This document shows, in pieces, positions 61,908-64,000 of a DNA stretch of 64,000 bases. Position 1 is the first letter of the stretch. The number at the start of each line of letters is the position of its first letter. The stretch lies in contig CAWAIK010000003.1 of the NCBI GenBank assembly GCA_963782115.1, forward strand, positions 192,001 through 256,000, given 5' to 3'. Source of the DNA: an uncultured Verrucomicrobiae bacterium (GTDB taxonomy: Bacteria > Verrucomicrobiota > Verrucomicrobiia > Chthoniobacterales > JAFAMB01). The position numbers and the translations under genes are program-made. Below the pieces are notes generated by a model. That model saw only the letters and a list, made by a program, of their open reading frames with translations, searched no databases and was not told the origin of the DNA.

Positions 61908-62720
61908 CCCGAACAGACCGGCCTCCCTGTCTACCCCGCAACACCAATGGACGCCGCCTGCGCCCACGCGGATTCTCCGCGAAGGCGTGAACGTCCTTCT
62001 CACCGGAACGGAGGAAATCTAAAAAGCGAACCCCGTAGCATTTGCACGTTTCACAAATACTCAACAAAATAAGATAGTCGTCTGTCCCTCCTTCTTTCGA
62101 CTTTCCGCCAATTGCTCTGCGCAGGGCTGCGAGCGCTTTAATAGCATGTTCAGCTGTGACCACAAACTTGATTCTTCCAAGATGGTGAGGAAGATCGCGC
62201 TTCAGCGAGTCGGTTTTAACAATTTTGTCGCTACTTTGTGCGCTGCTGTCGCGACTCTCGCAAAGGCGGGCAGTGACCTCGTCAGCGACTAGTTGTAATG
62301 CGAGACAGTCCTCAGCGTTATAAATGACCAGTTTGTTTCGAATAAGAGCACTCCGATCTTCTTGCCAGTCGCATCTTTGAACGACGCAATCCAATCCTGA
62401 ACAAGTAGTATCCGACCACTCAGCCCCAAGCCAACGGGCGATCTCCTTTAACCTGTTTGAAAGAACAGGGAAGTATAACTGAGCGAAGATTACCGACACC
62501 AAATTCAGTGGCTTTTTTATCCCCGCCAACACAACGGAGTCTTGTGCTGGGGCTCAGTAACGGCGGAGCATTTCTTTCAAGAATATCGTTTCATAGCTAT
62601 CGTCGTGTGGTCGTCATCGTAGACAATTTTACCGATACTGACTTCACGCCCCAGCGATTGCGAGAGCGTGAAGGCATCGAGGGCCAGCAACAGTTTATAC
62701 GGTAGGATGACCGGTGCTCG
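61876..62720 (-). mobile_element. Internally deleted remnant of a TM0106/RNase H-like nuclease - IS66-type transposase fusion gene
   Basis: Pieces in order: KLLLALDAFTLSQSLGREVSIGKIVY; SYETIFLKEMLRRY; YFPVLSNRLKEIARWLGAEW...YNAEDC; AEHAIK...YLILLSICETCK..GV.FLDFL. Confidence 0.6.
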
Positions 62721-63106
62721 CCTATGTCATTAACGGGCCTGATCCACACACTGGCGGTTAACAGGACCCCGCATTGGCAAGTCCCGCAAAAATCAGCCAG
62801 GTGCACATGGTGCAGCCGCGTTTGAAAGGCTTTTAACCCTCAATCACGCCGGAAGTGCCAGTTAGCGTCTGGCCTGGATCTTTGTCCAGAGCGCAATCCC
62901 GCTTCCAAATTGCGCCACCCCCAGCTTGTGGCTGCGTTCGACGATTGTCCGCAATCTCAAAGATCGATCTAGCGCACTAGATTTTGGTCTTGGTTTCCGC
63001 TCACTCGACGACCGATGATATGCACCACGGAGAGAGAGAGACACTGGACGAGATTGGATCCAGGTCTTTCACAGATAGGAATCAGCAACTTCGACTCAAT
63101 ATTTCT

Positions 63107-63337
63107 ATGGAAGCGCGGATTTTGCGACTTGAGGACGAATTTTGGAGGATACGCACAGACACGGGTGAGCTCGCTGATGCAGAGCGTAACGCACTCAGAG
63201 CGTACCTGGATGAGAAGGGTTTCAAGACCGCAACGATTGACGATAATCTCGCCATCGCGGGTGAACTAACCTGGAAGGAGCTTTTTGAACCCATCGAGGG
63301 CTTCTACGAGGGCACGGCGAACGTGTATCCATTCTGA
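63107..63337 (+). CDS. Small hypothetical protein
   Basis: 76 aa from MEARILRL with protein-like composition; no family recognised. Confidence 0.5.
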   Translation: MEARILRLEDEFWRIRTDTGELADAERNALRAYLDEKGFKTATIDDNLAIAGELTWKELFEPIEGFYEGTANVYPF

Positions 63338-63505
63338 GCGGGGAAACATCCGTCCGCGGCATCGAGAGGATCCGGCCGAAGAGGCCGGGAAATTGTTGTC
63401 GTTGAATCAACGCAGGCCTTTATTACAATTCATAAGCACTTGGGTGTGAGACTAAGCAACTCCTGTTCGACGTCGGCGAGCTCCGCCGCAACTGCGCGGT
63501 GCTTG

Positions 63506-63840
63506 ATTGGGGTTAACGGGAGGGACGCTTCGATCAGACGCAACAGACAGCTCTGACCGTGGCCAGAAATTTCCGGTTTTCGACTTGGCCGTGGGTAGCT
63601 TGCGACAAGATTCGCTCCACACTGGTCGTTCGCGGGCTCATTTCGACATAAAATTGCCGATTCTGTCCGAAAAAGACCTCATTAGCCCCAAGCTGTGGAG
63701 GCCGATCTGCTATGCTTCAAGCCAGAACCGGGCAAAATCTGTCGGCAGATGGCTTGGGTGAAATTGCGGTGTGGCCGTTTCCGGCTCGATAAGACGAAGC
63801 TATTGCGTCTGATCGCAGTGTCCCTCCTGTTACCCCCAAT
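63506..63840. repeat. 38-bp inverted repeat (34/38 matches) enclosing 259 bp
   Basis: Reverse complement of 63506-63543 is ttgcgtctgatcgaagcgtccctcccgttaaccccaat; 63803-63840 is ttgcgtctgatcgcagtgtccctcctgttacccccaat. Confidence 0.8.
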
Positions 63841-64000
63841 ACCAGCCAGCCGACACTCAAGAGGAGCAGACGAACCAAAAAAAGGCACAGCCGCATGACG
63901 CGCGGCTTTACGGGGGGGCTTCGAGGATTGCATCATTTTACCCCGTGACATGCGACGGCGAATCTAGTCGCGCGGGCTGTCTGCGGCGCGGGCGCGATGG

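Overview
Chromosomal window from a GC-moderate bacterium, most likely Verrucomicrobiota. This is inferred from a perfect TGTTC-N4-GAACA LexA box before imuA, a DUF4032-like small protein and short intergenic 7/8-mer arrays. Most of it is core genes: kbl, ruvC-lipB, hisI-trpE-trpG, imuA-imuB-dnaE2, cysK-like, mrp, pyrR-pyrB-pyrC with a PyrR RNA site, uvrA, gntP and ilvD. The centrepiece is a ~10 kb respiratory operon (16.6-26.8 kb). It encodes a caa3-type A1 oxidase, a diheme c lipoprotein, a low-potential Rieske protein and a cytochrome b-c fusion, followed by a CtaG-polyferredoxin fusion and an exported protein. The oxidase appears to have lost two Mg/Mn-site ligands, and the cytochrome b Qo motif is atypical. 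Divergent from it, the his/trp operon ends in a type II NADH dehydrogenase fused to a cNMP-binding domain and a CBS pair. A translationally coupled TPR-AAA ATPase / TPR-membrane protein pair is a second candidate uncharacterised system. Both ends of the window are decayed. On the left are a tRNA-Thr(CGU) with a T-arm-less copy beside it, a nonsense-interrupted dehydrogenase and half of tdh. On the right are a frameshifted tarD, a gntK remnant, and integrase, FUSC, HlyD, hydratase and IS66/TM0106 fragments. All family calls come from motif recognition by eye; no searches were run.
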